Program-made: the position numbers and the translations under genes
Assembly (NCBI GenBank): GCA_043228905.1
Contig: JBHGNT010000012.1
Span: 9,052,001-9,116,000 of the forward strand
Source: Azolla caroliniana
Lineage: Eukaryota > Plantae > Polypodiophyta
DNA length: 64,000 nucleotides
Reading direction: 5' to 3'
Part shown: positions 12,001 to 23,626 of the stretch, piece by piece
How positions within the stretch are numbered: the stretch's first letter is position 1
How the letters are laid out: each line of letters starts with the position of its first letter
Notes under the pieces: model-generated
Told to the model about the DNA's origin: nothing
What the model saw: the letters and a program-made list of their open reading frames with translations, nothing else
Databases searched by the model: none

Positions 12001-15000
12001 TTTGGGGTATGTTGTATCATCAGATGGTATCTCTATGGACCCCACAAAGATTCAAACAATTAGCAGACGCCCCTTTCAATGCGTGATGTGCAGTGTTTTC
12101 TCAGGTTTGCAAATTTTTACCGTAAATTTATTAAAAATTATTTTAACGTCAGGCTTCCGCTCTAGATAGAAAAACATCTCTAGATAGAGCGTGTTTTATA
12201 TGCCGATCATAATGGGCAACCTCGTGTAGTCAACCCTAGATGGAAGGTATTTTTACGTATACCTCACAATTCTAAGACATTGTCTACAGGTAAGTGCACT
12301 AAGTTGGCCCCACGGTTTTGTGGACCTTTTACAATCCTCAAACACATTGGTTCATCAACCTATCATCTCGCTCTTCCTTATGGCGCTAAAATCCATCTAG
12401 TTTTTCATGTAAGTCGGCTAAAAGAACTTCTTGGTTTTTGTAACAATACAGTGACAATTGAAACTCTAGTTACTTCTGAAGAAGTATCTTCTAAACCACA
12501 TGTATCAGAAAGAATTCTCAATGTTAAAACAAAAAATTTGTGTCCTAAAATAATGCGAGAATTTAAAATTAAATGGATGGATAAGTCTATAAAAGATGTC
12601 ACATGGGAACACGAAAATACTCTTAGAAATCACTTCCCTAACTTTCCATTGCAAGAGTGCAATGTTTTAAGAGGGGAAGACTATTACAGGCATGACCATA
12701 TAATATCACATGGTGAGAATGTAACGTAGTATTCTATACACGTGGATAAAGTGTGAGGGTTAAACGAGAGTGTGAAGAAGGGGAGGATTACTTTTAATAC
12801 TCAGGATTGAGATAACCCATTAGGCCAAGTGTGAACTTGCCTGGGGGACTTGGTTTGGCTATAAATATGAGGCCTAGCCACCCTCATTTCATGATCTCTT
12901 GACTACGTCAAGACTCTGTTCTTGTGGTGGGTCAACTCTTGTAGCAAGTGCGCCAGCACCAGGTACGACTCGACGCCATGGCGGTGGTATGGGATGCCAA
13001 TCGAGGCTCGAGTCCGTCTCGATCCCTTTGCTTGGGGGTGGTCGGGTGGATCGGCACCCTTCTTTCTCTCTCTCCTTTCTTATAATCTATCTTTGTTATG
13101 CATATCATATGCTTACTTTAGATTTAAGCTCTAACATCGAATGATGTTTTTCAAGATTTTCTCGATATCTTCATTATAATTTACTTGGATGAGATTTTGA
13201 TCTACTCGAAGACCCAAGACGAGCATGATACACATGTTTGTCAGGTACTACGTCGCCTACGAGAATATGGTCTCTACGCAAAATTAGAGAAGTGCAATTT
13301 CGGTCAAAATCAAGTGGAATTTTTGGGGTATGTTGTATCATCAGATGGTATCTCTATGGACCCCACAAAGATTCAAACAATTAGCAGACGCCCCTTTCAA
13401 TGCGTGATGTGCAGTGTTTTCTCAGGTTTGCAAATTTTTACCGTAAATTTATTAAAAATTATTTTAACGTCAGGCTTCCGCTCTAGATAGAAAAACATCT
13501 CTAGATAGAGCGTGTTTTATATGCCGATCATAATGGGCAACCTCGTGTAGTCAACCCTAGATGGAAGGTATTTTTACGTATACCTCACAATTCTAAGACA
13601 TTGTCTACAGGTAAGTGCACTAAGTTGGCCCCACGGTTTTGTGGACCTTTTACAATCCTCAAACACATTGGTTCATCAACCTATCATCTCGCTCTTCCTT
13701 ATGGCGCTAAAATCCATCTAGTTTTTCATGTAAGTCGGCTAAAAGAACTTCTTGGTTTTTGTAACAATACAGTGACAATTGAAACTCTAGTTACTTCTGA
13801 AGAAGTATCTTCTAAACCACATGTATCAGAAAGAATTCTCAATGTTAAAACAAAAAATTTGTGTCCTAAAATAATGCGAGAATTTAAAATTAAATGGATG
13901 GATAAGTCTATAAAAGATGTCACATGGGAACACGAAAATACTCTTAGAAATCACTTCCCTAACTTTCCATTGCAAGAGTGCAATGTTTTAAGAGGGGAAG
14001 ACTATTACAGGCATGACCATATAATATCACATGGTGAGAATGTAACGTAGTATTCTATACACGTGGATAAAGTGTGAGGGTTAAACGAGAGTGTGAAGAA
14101 GGGGAGGATTACTTTTAATACTCAGGATTGAGATAACCCATTAGGCCAAGTGTGAACTTGCCTGGGGGACTTGGTTTGGCTATAAATATGAGGCCTAGCC
14201 ACCCTCATTTCATGATCTCTTGACTACGTCAAGACTCTGTTCTTGTGGTGGGTCAACTCTTGTAGCAAGTGCGCCAGCACCAGGTACGACTCGACGCCAT
14301 GGCGGTGGTATGGGATGCCAATCGAGGCTCGAGTCCGTCTCGATCCCTTTGCTTGGGGGTGGTCGGGTGGATCGGCACCCTTCTTTCTCTCTCTCCTTTC
14401 TTATAATCTATCTTTGTTATGCATATCATATGCTTACTTTAGATTTAAGCTCTAACATCGAATGATGTTTTTCAAGATTTTCTCGATATCTTCATTATAA
14501 TTTACTTGGATGAGATTTTGATCTACTCGAAGACCCAAGACGAGCATGATACACATGTTTGTCAGGTACTACGTCGCCTACGAGAATATGGTCTCTACGC
14601 AAAATTAGAGAAGTGCAATTTCGGTCAAAATCAAGTGGAATTTTTGGGGTATGTTGTATCATCAGATGGTATCTCTATGGACCCCACAAAGATTCAAACA
14701 ATTAGCAGACGCCCCTTTCAATGCGTGATGTGCAGTGTTTTCTCAGGTTTGCAAATTTTTACCGTAAATTTATTAAAAATTATTTTAACGTCAGGCTTCC
14801 GCTCTAGATAGAAAAACATCTCTAGATAGAGCGTGTTTTATATGCCGATCATAATGGGCAACCTCGTGTAGTCAACCCTAGATGGAAGGTATTTTTACGT
14901 ATACCTCACAATTCTAAGACATTGTCTACAGGTAAGTGCACTAAGTTGGCCCCACGGTTTTGTGGACCTTTTACAATCCTCAAACACATTGGTTCATCAA

Positions 15001-16125
15001 CCTATCATCTCGCTCTTCCTTATGGCGCTAAAATCCATCTAGTTTTTCATGTAAGTCGGCTAAAAGAACTTCTTGGTTTTTGTAACAATACAGTGACAAT
15101 TGAAACTCTAGTTACTTCTGAAGAAGTATCTTCTAAACCACATGTATCAGAAAGAATTCTCAATGTTAAAACAAAAAATTTGTGTCCTAAAATAATGCGA
15201 GAATTTAAAATTAAATGGATGGATAAGTCTATAAAAGATGTCACATGGGAACACGAAAATACTCTTAGAAATCACTTCCCTAACTTTCCATTGCAAGAGT
15301 GCAATGTTTTAAGAGGGGAAGACTATTACAGGCATGACCATATAATATCACATGGTGAGAATGTAACGTAGTATTCTATACACGTGGATAAAGTGTGAGG
15401 GTTAAACGAGAGTGTGAAGAAGGGGAGGATTACTTTTAATACTCAGGATTGAGATAACCCATTAGGCCAAGTGTGAACTTGCCTGGGGGACTTGGTTTGG
15501 CTATAAATATGAGGCCTAGCCACCCTCATTTCATGATCTCTTGACTACGTCAAGACTCTGTTCTTGTGGTGGGTCAACTCTTGTAGCAAGTGCGCCAGCA
15601 CCAGGTACGACTCGACGCCATGGCGGTGGTATGGGATGCCAATCGAGGCTCGAGTCCGTCTCGATCCCTTTGCTTGGGGGTGGTCGGGTGGATCGGCACC
15701 CTTCTTTCTCTCTCTCCTTTCTTATAATCTATCTTTGTTATGCATATCATATGCTTACTTTAGATTTAAGCTCTAACATCGAATGATGTTTTTCAAGATT
15801 TTCTCGATATCTTCATTATAATTTACTTGGATGAGATTTTGATCTACTCGAAGACCCAAGACGAGCATGATACACATGTTTGTCAGGTACTACGTCGCCT
15901 ACGAGAATATGGTCTCTACGCAAAATTAGAGAAGTGCAATTTCGGTCAAAATCAAGTGGAATTTTTGGGGTATGTTGTATCATCAGATGGTATCTCTATG
16001 GACCCCACAAAGATTCAAACAATTAGCAGACGCCCCTTTCAATGCGTGATGTGCAGTGTTTTCTCAGGTTTGCAAATTTTTACCGTAAATTTATTAAAAA
16101 TTATTTTAACGTCAGGCTTCCGCTC
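5561..16125 (+). repeat. Tandem array, 8 x 1321 bp; unit = INT C-terminus/chromodomain + PPT + 455-bp LTR + RT fragment of the host Tcn1-like element
   Basis: Identical ORF translations recur at 5675, 6996, 8317, 9638, 10959, 12280, 13601 and 14922 (exact period 1321); 7 identical junctions. Confidence 0.98.
6077..6531 (+). mobile_element. 3' LTR of the chromovirus (first of 8 copies)
   Basis: Follows the PPT; starts tattacaggcatgacc (TG>TA; compare tgttacgggcatgacc at 29717), TATA ggctataaat, ends ctctaaca. Confidence 0.88.
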
Positions 16126-17701
16126 ACTCAACTCACACACAAAAATCAACCATCTTGACATATTTCCAAGATGCTCGAGTCTTGAGTCGGCGACAAGCTC
16201 GTTGGGCACAATGTTTTACTCACTTCAACTTTGTAATCATATATTGCCCTAGGATGCGGCAAGGACATCTTTCTCAACGTTCTTATATGGAACTTCGTCT
16301 AGGAGAACCAGTATCTGAGCATCAAAAACAAATCCTTTTGGGTCCTGATTGTTTACGCTTAATGGCATCTAATGCCATAACAACACCTAGAGATTCCTGT
16401 CTTCTTCATGCCATTCGCGATCATATATTCACTGATGAATTTGCCAAAGATATTTTGGATCATATTGTCCCAAATCGTGCTTTTTCCTCGTAATCGAAAA
16501 ACCCTCGTAATGACTATAATTAGTTCCATTGGCATGGTGGTTTATTGTTTCGACAAAGCCTATTGTATGTTCCTGATGGTCTTCCACAACTGCAAGTCTT
16601 ACAACACTTCCATGACACACCAATGGCTGGACATTTCAGCATCCACAAGAATTTCGAGTTAATTTCTCGCCGATATTGGTGGCCATGACTTCGCCATTTT
16701 GTTACGGATTATGTTCATAGTTGTGATACATGTTGCCGATCAAAAAAACCTTGAAATCATCTATATGGCTTATTACCGCCAATACTTATTCCTGAGAGCC
16801 CATGGAAATCTATTTCCTTGGACATCATTATAGATCTTCCACCTTCCAAGGGTTTTGATTCTATTCTCACAGTAGTAGATCGTTTTACAAAGATGGCGCA
16901 TTTTCTTCCATGCACGAAGGCCATTACTAACCAAGAGACAGTTGATCTATTCATGCGAGAGGTATTTCGGCATCATGGTCTTCCAGATGATATTATCAGT
17001 GATCGGGGTCCCCAGTTTATCTCAAAATTTTGGCGGCTTCCAGCTACCATCCAAACTCTTACATACTTCTTGCAAACTCTCTTCTGGCTACCATCCAAAA
17101 ACTAATGGGACGAGTGAATGCACCAACCAAATAGTCGAGCAATATCTTCGTTGTTTTGTCAACTATCAACAAGATGATTGGGTTGATCTATTACATTTGG
17201 CGGAATTTGCTTACAACAACTTAGAACATTCTTCTACGGGATATTCCCCATTTTTTACGAACATTGGGTACCATCCTCGTTGGACGATGCTTGAACATCC
17301 CGAACTCCCAACAAACCCGGTTGCCGAAGATCGGCTCATTCGACTCCAAGAAATTCAGGATATACTTTCGCAGCATTTATGTGATGCTCAAAACACTCAA
17401 AAGAAGGTTGTTGACCGTCATCGATGTGATTCATCGACTACTTTTTAAATGGGAGATCGAGTATGGCTCTTACAAAGTAGCATTAAAACCAGCAAACCTT
17501 GCTGCAAACTAGATTATCAACATTTTGGCCCATATGTGATCTCTGGTAAGATCAAGGATGTGGCATTTTGCCTTGATCTTCCTCCTCATATGCGTCTTCA
17601 CCCAGTCTTCCATGTTTCACTTTTGGAGCCCTACACAACAAGCTCTATTCCGGGTCATCTTACATCTCCCCCACCTCCAATCAAAGTTTCTGATGACTCT
17701 G

Positions 17702-18178
17702 AATATGAAGTTGTTGCCATTCTCGACTAAACAATTGTCCACAACAAACTATATTATTTGGTTGACTGGTTAGGTTATACACCTAATGATCAAACATGGC
17801 AGCCTGTCGATCATCTTGTTAATGCCTCCGACATGGTTGTTGCATTTCACAACAAATATCCCCAATATGAAGTTGTTGTCATTCTCGACTAAACGATTGT
17901 TGCATATTATTTGGTTGACTGGTTAGGTTATACACCTAATGATCAAACATGGCAGCCTGTCGAGCATCTTGCTAATGCCTCCGACATGGTTGCTGCATTT
18001 CACAACAAATATCCCCAATATGAAGTTGTTGCCATTCTCGACTAAACGATTGTCCGCAACAAACTATATTATTTGGTTGACTGGTTAGGTTATACACCTA
18101 ATGATCAAACATGGCAGCCTGTCGAGCATCTTGCTAATGCCTCTGACATGGTTGTTGCATTTCACAACAAATATCCCC
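17702..18178 (+). repeat. Triplicated chromodomain-coding segment (~162, ~153, ~162 bp)
   Basis: aatatgaagttgttg...caaatatcccc occurs three times; the same TAA stop follows ILD in all copies. Confidence 0.93.
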
Positions 18179-18240
18179 GTAAACCAAGTCCGAACTCTTC
18201 TCTTCCGACTCATAGAACTCATCGTTGAAAAGAGAGATAA

Positions 18241-18650
18241 TGGCATGAAGACATACATTTTGGCTTACAAGGATTTGAACCCACAACTTCTTGGTCTATG
18301 TGTTAAACCTTTAACCATTATACTAACATATAATTATAATAATTATAAGTTATTACAAGATATTTAGAGTATTCTAGAACATTCTAGAATATTTCATGAT
18401 TATCTTAAATATCTTAAATATTCTATAACATTCTAGAATACTCCATAAGGACCTATAAATAGGTGTCCATACATTCATCACAACTCATTCGATTCAACAC
18501 CAATCTTTAGCCCTTAGACTTTTGTAACCATTTTTCTCTTACAATATAAACTCATTTCCATTTCTAATCTTCTTCTCTCTATTTCTGTCTCTCTCTCTCT
18601 CTCTTCATCTTTTTTCTACTTTCTATCTCTCCCGCTCAAAAGTCACGACA
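18241..18650 (+). mobile_element. 3' LTR of the Tcn1-like element
   Basis: Begins TG after the purine tract, TATA cctataaata near 18452, ends agtcacgaCA, then abuts Copia RNase H sequence. Confidence 0.75.
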
Positions 18651-19560
18651 GAGGTTTGGTGAAGATGTCAACAACTTGTTGGTCAGTTAGAACATATTGC
18701 AGTTCCACTTCACCTCTGAGAACTCACTCATGCATGAAGTGGTACTACTCTTCAATGTGCTTTGTCCAAGCATGGAAGACGGGGTTCTTAGCGAGATGGA
18801 TGTTGTTGAAGTTGTCATAGTAGATCCTCGTTGGATCGGCAACCTCCACCTGCAGATCCTTCAAAAGCCGCTTGAGCCATATGGCTTCGCATCTTGCAAC
18901 AGCCGCTCCTCTATATTCGGCCTCGGTGCTCAACAATGCCACTATCATTTGATTCTTGCTACATTAGGCGATCGTCGCGCTTCCCAATAACAACACATAT
19001 TCAGACATTGATCAATGATCATCAGCATTTCCGGCCCAATCAGCATCCATGTACCCGACTAACTGTTCAGCTACACCAGTCCGATACAGGATCCTACAAT
19101 CCTTCGTGCCGCTCACATAGCGCAATATCTAATGTGCACACGGAAGGTGTTGGGAATTCGACTTCAACATGAATTGACTTATCAATCCGACCGGATAGTT
19201 GAGATCTGGCTAAGTGAGGGTCAAATAGATGAGGCTTCCGACAATCTATTGGAACCGTGCAATGTCACAAGCTAGCCCCGATTCGTGGCGAAGCTTGACT
19301 TTCCTGTCGAGAAGAGTTGAAACGGATTTGCAATATGTCATGCCGAATTTGAAGAGCATATTCAACACATAATGTCTTTAACTTATCAATATGCCTTTTG
19401 GGGTTCACATTACTTCAATCTTGAGGAAGTAATGAAGGTCCCCTAGATCCTTCATCTCGAACGCTATTGATAATTGAGACTTAACTCGGCCGATTTCTTC
19501 AAGGTCAGCAGCGAACTTCGATCCTGAGGAAGTAATGAAGGTCCCCTAGATCCTTTATCT
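18651..19560 (-). pseudogene. Ty1/copia RT-RNase H relic
   Basis: ALLSTEAEYRGAAVARCEAIWLKRLL...NPVFHAWTKHIE; DIFTKPL at the left edge; KDLGDLHYFL-type RT segment near 19430. Confidence 0.88.
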
Positions 19561-19724
19561 AGAACGCAAGTACATACACTTCTTGGCCAGGGCACCCAAG
19601 AGTGAAGGTGGAACTCATATTTTGTGTATGGTGCTATATTGCTAAATTAATTTTACTTCTTTTTTCCCTTTTTACTGAGGGGTTTCTTTACTGCTATTTA
19701 ATCTTTACTGAGGGTGTGTCGGCT

Positions 19725-19920
19725 ATAGTCGTTGACAAAGGAGACGAAGTATCAACTCCCGCCAATGCTCACGTTCTACGCATCAATCTTGTTACCGCTC
19801 CAATTTCGCTCGTTGGGGAAAGGAAGCCGGTGTTGCTTCCCTAATTGACAGGCTTCACAATTTTAGGCCTTCCCGCCACTGAACTTTGGCAAGCTGAATA
19901 TGATTTTCCTCACTTGCAAC
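19725..19920 (-). pseudogene. Copia GAG-pre-integrase fragment
   Basis: Minus strand encodes ...LPKF...KQHRLPFPNERN..., matching the Copia ORF at 38883-39716. Confidence 0.7.
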
Positions 19921-20324
19921 ATAAGTCAAGCCTCCCTTTATAAGAAGGTAGCTAGCCTCCTTATATAGGCAAAAACCCTAGGCCCTAGTGTGTTCGCATT
20001 TGAGAGCTTTATTTGAAGTAGTCAAGTGATAACACACCTAATAGTTATCTCACACCATAGAATTGAATATTACAATTCATACCCTCATTTCTTTCAAAAT
20101 TAACCCACTCGTACTCATCATAAGATTAGGAAAAACTATGGAAACCTATCTCTTGATAAATTATGGTTATGCATGTAACACAGAAAAACAATGAAATAAA
20201 GAAACACTTCGGCGTGTTTCAATTATTTTCCCAAACTTCTCCAAAAGTGACACAAACGTATACTTATAGTGAGACATATTGAATCACCAATAGAGAAGAC
20301 GAACACTCCACCAACGGAAAAATT

Positions 20325-20369
<45 letters not shown>

Positions 20370-20373
<4 letters not shown>

Positions 20374-20710
20374 TGTGTTTAGGGAAAAGTGATGAGAGTG
20401 GTCAACTATGCACACTTTGCCCTAAACAAGTTTGAGAATCTAAGTATCACACTTTGATACAATGTTATGCCTTTAATCATATTCGACTATGCTTTCTACA
20501 CATCTTCGACCAAGCCCAATCCTTGCATGAATTTCTCTCACAACCACAACGTGCACTCTCGATTGCAAGATTCATTGGTAAAGTTATTGAACACTGAGAG
20601 TCTCTACTCACTTTCACATGTATCACGTGAAAGGGAATATTTTTGGTCTCATAGGTCATATTTGACCTCCGAAGACGATCATAATAGAATCTATCTATCT
20701 ATTTATCTCT
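20370..20710 (+). mobile_element. 3' fragment of a non-LTR retrotransposon (RTE/L2-like), (ATCT)n tail
   Basis: LCTLCPKQV.ES.YHTLIQC Cys/His motif; near-copy of 22595-22910; preceded by (CT)n. Confidence 0.7.
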
Positions 20711-21583
20711 ACTTCTAATATTTCTTTCCATATCTCTCAAACTTGTCACATATAAGAAGGATATGTGTTGTAGGATGAGGCACAAGTATGTCTTAAATGC
20801 TTGATAATTGCAACAATTTGATTGAGACATCGTGTTAATGTAGACTCACTCACTTGCTAGGTTCTTTGACTTCCAAAACCCTAGATGCATGACTATAAGG
20901 CCAAACTTGACAAATCGATATGTAAGGTAGCGTTAGAGGGATGAATCTAGTATAATTATATATGAAAAAACATTATATTATAACTTTTTTCAACAACATT
21001 GAATGTTGTAGGATCGAATTTGGTGATCTCATCAATTAAATTATTTCATTTAGATTACATGAGCCAAATTTGGACTTAGAAGACATTAATATATCTTCCT
21101 TTCTTCCTTTCTTTCTCCCTCTCCCTCTTTGAATCAATGCTCTAGGGAGAAATGTGGTACATGTTCAAGCATCAAATCATTCTCCATAGAAATACATTGC
21201 ATGAGTCTAGTGCAAGAAACAAATTCGAAGAGATGAGACTAGGCACCTATCAGTGCATGGCGTGGCTCTCAAATTTTCTCTCTTTTTTCTTCATTCGATT
21301 GTAATGGAAACCATAAAATCCAAACCCCTAATGATAACTATTAGGCTATGAAACACATGATCACGAGTTCATCTTTGTTCCACCACAAATTAGGTTGTCA
21401 CCTAGACTATATGTGACATCAACATATCCCAAAGTATGACAACCTCATGGTCTTCTAAAAGTATTATATTGACACTTGCATATCGAACTAAGTGACTCGA
21501 TTGGTTCCAACAAAATCTCTACATATTGATGAACCGAACCAACGACCTCACGACATCTAGATGGTAGACGCTATGGATGGCAT

Positions 21584-21619
<36 letters not shown>

Positions 21620-21621
<2 letters not shown>

Positions 21622-22906
21622 CAACATCCATACTAAGTGTCAACAACTCTAAAACAATGATTATGCTTGTGAAGAGCCAAAAAAAAGACAAACCATGCAT
21701 TATGTACAATAATGAGCCCGACCCATTTGAATGTGTGAAAATCTTCAAATATCTTGGCTTTGAAGTTCCTTCAAATCATAGATGGAATGAATGTGCTACA
21801 CACCACGTAGAGGTGGGAAATAGAACATATTTTGCATTTGAGAACACATGCAAGCATGGAGATATGAAGTATTGGGTCCTTAGAGAAATACCTTTTCGAT
21901 ACTTTGGTGACATCGGTGCTTCTCTATGGGGTGGAAGTTTGGGGTGGCAGCATCCCTAAGTGTATACTTGGAAAGAGATTGAAAATGTCCAAACATTTTC
22001 TTACAAAGTTTTTACAAGTTAAGAAACAAACTCCATATACCCCCCCCCCCCCCCCCCCCCTCCTCCTTGCGACAAGATCACTTCCCATTGAGCATAATAT
22101 GTGAAGCATGAACCTCCACATTTGTCCCATGTCATCAACACATTGGCGTTGCAAAAAGGCCTCATTCATAGAGCAATCAAGTGATGCATTATGAAGCAAG
22201 TGTGACGCATCCCATCTACCAAGCCATTTTGCCATATTTTGCATCCAACCAGAACACAAAATTGCAAAAGACTCATAATTTTGTGTTCTGGTTGGATGCA
22301 AAATATGGCAAAATGGCTTGGTAGATGGGATGCGTCACACTTGCTTCATAATGCATCATTGGATTGCTCTATGAATGAGGCCTTTTTGCAACGCCAATGT
22401 GTTGATGACATGGGACAAATGTGGAGGTTCACGCTTCACACATTATACTACACCTAGCTACAAAACCATATTCTTCGTGGAACAGGGAAACCGTACACAT
22501 CGACACATGTTAGAGCTCATCCCGTTGTCTGCCATCCAAACCGTTACTTCCGAGCGACTTAGCTCACATGCATTGTGATATGAGAGAAGGCATTGGGGCA
22601 CAAGTGATAAGAGTGGTTGACTATGCACACTTTGCCCTAAACAAGTTTGAGAGTCTGAGTATCACACTTTGATACAATGCTCTCCCTTTTGATCATATTC
22701 GGCCATGCTTTCCATACATATTCGACCAACCCCAATCCTTGCACGAATTTCTCTTCTCTCACAGCCACAATGTGCACTACTCGATTGCAAGATTCATTGG
22801 TAAAGTTCTTGAACATCGAGATGCGCTACTCACTTTCACACGTATCACATGAAATGTAATATTTTTGGTCTCATAGGTCATATTTGACCTCCGAAGACGA
22901 TAATAG

Positions 22907-22937
<31 letters not shown>
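21620..22937 (+). mobile_element. 5'-truncated non-LTR retrotransposon (RTE/L2-like) flanked by (CT)n
   Basis: NNSKT...FKYLG (RT end), LLYGVEVWG, C-terminal Cys/His motif, terminal stem-loop and (CT)n tail. Confidence 0.75.
22094..22446. repeat. Near-perfect inverted repeat, 170-bp arms, 13-nt spacer
   Basis: 22094-22263 is the reverse complement of 22277-22446 with about 4 mismatches; mirror ORFs 21924(-) and 22239(+). Confidence 0.96.
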
Positions 22938-22939
<2 letters not shown>

Positions 22940-23206
22940 CATGCGAGCATTCTCTTGTGCGCTCTACTCCATTTTATTGCCCATTTTACCCGTCTCTCTC
23001 TCTCACACGCGCGCACGCGTTCTCACATGCACTCCACCCATCCATTTCAGTGGCCTCTCTCTCTCTCACACACACACACACTCACATGCCCGTCCATTTT
23101 ATGGGCGACGAGTCCATTTTATGGGCGACGAGGCAACGACAATACATAATCATCATGGATTATGGATTATGGATCATACATCATGCATCATACATCATGC
23201 ATCATG

Positions 23207-23237
<31 letters not shown>

Positions 23238-23289
23238 ATATCAAAAGGACTATGAAAATGTGGAACAAAAGGTCCAAGAGAAAGAAAGA

Positions 23290-23572
23290 AACCTTGTACT
23301 TGTTGAACTGGGAAATCCTCTCCTCTCTCTCTCTCTCTCTCTCTCTCAGATCTTCCATTTTCCTGTGATTCCCCTTGGAGAGAGAGCGTGGAGATCGCCA
23401 TGGCCATAGGCCATCTTCTCCTTCCTCACCACTTTCCTCCTTCTTCTTGCATCTCTAATTCCTGCAGAAACTCTTGGAATTCAGTGAATCTTGCAGCGAA
23501 GAAGACTGTCTAACCAACACTCACTCACTGAACTCCCTCTCCCCCTCCTTCTCCCTCTCCTTCTCCTTCTCC

Positions 23573-23626
<54 letters not shown>

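Larger units (their letters stand above)
15779..18650 (+). mobile_element. 3' part of a Tcn1-like chromovirus (RT C-term, deleted RNase H, INT, chromodomain, 3' LTR)
   Basis: IYLDEILIYSK...YAKLEKC; RRQARWAQ; [22 protein letters not shown]; NYQQDDWVDLL; HPVFHVSLL; PPPPIKV..EYEV chromodomain; purine tract aaaagagagataa then LTR. The Tcn1 assignment is from motif resemblance only. Confidence 0.88.

Noticed and set aside
5561-16125. CRISPR-like array, tandem TRIM array or amplified functional gene cluster
   Set aside because: No variable spacers; no PBS after the LTRs; the ORFs are broken fragments of two different pol genes.
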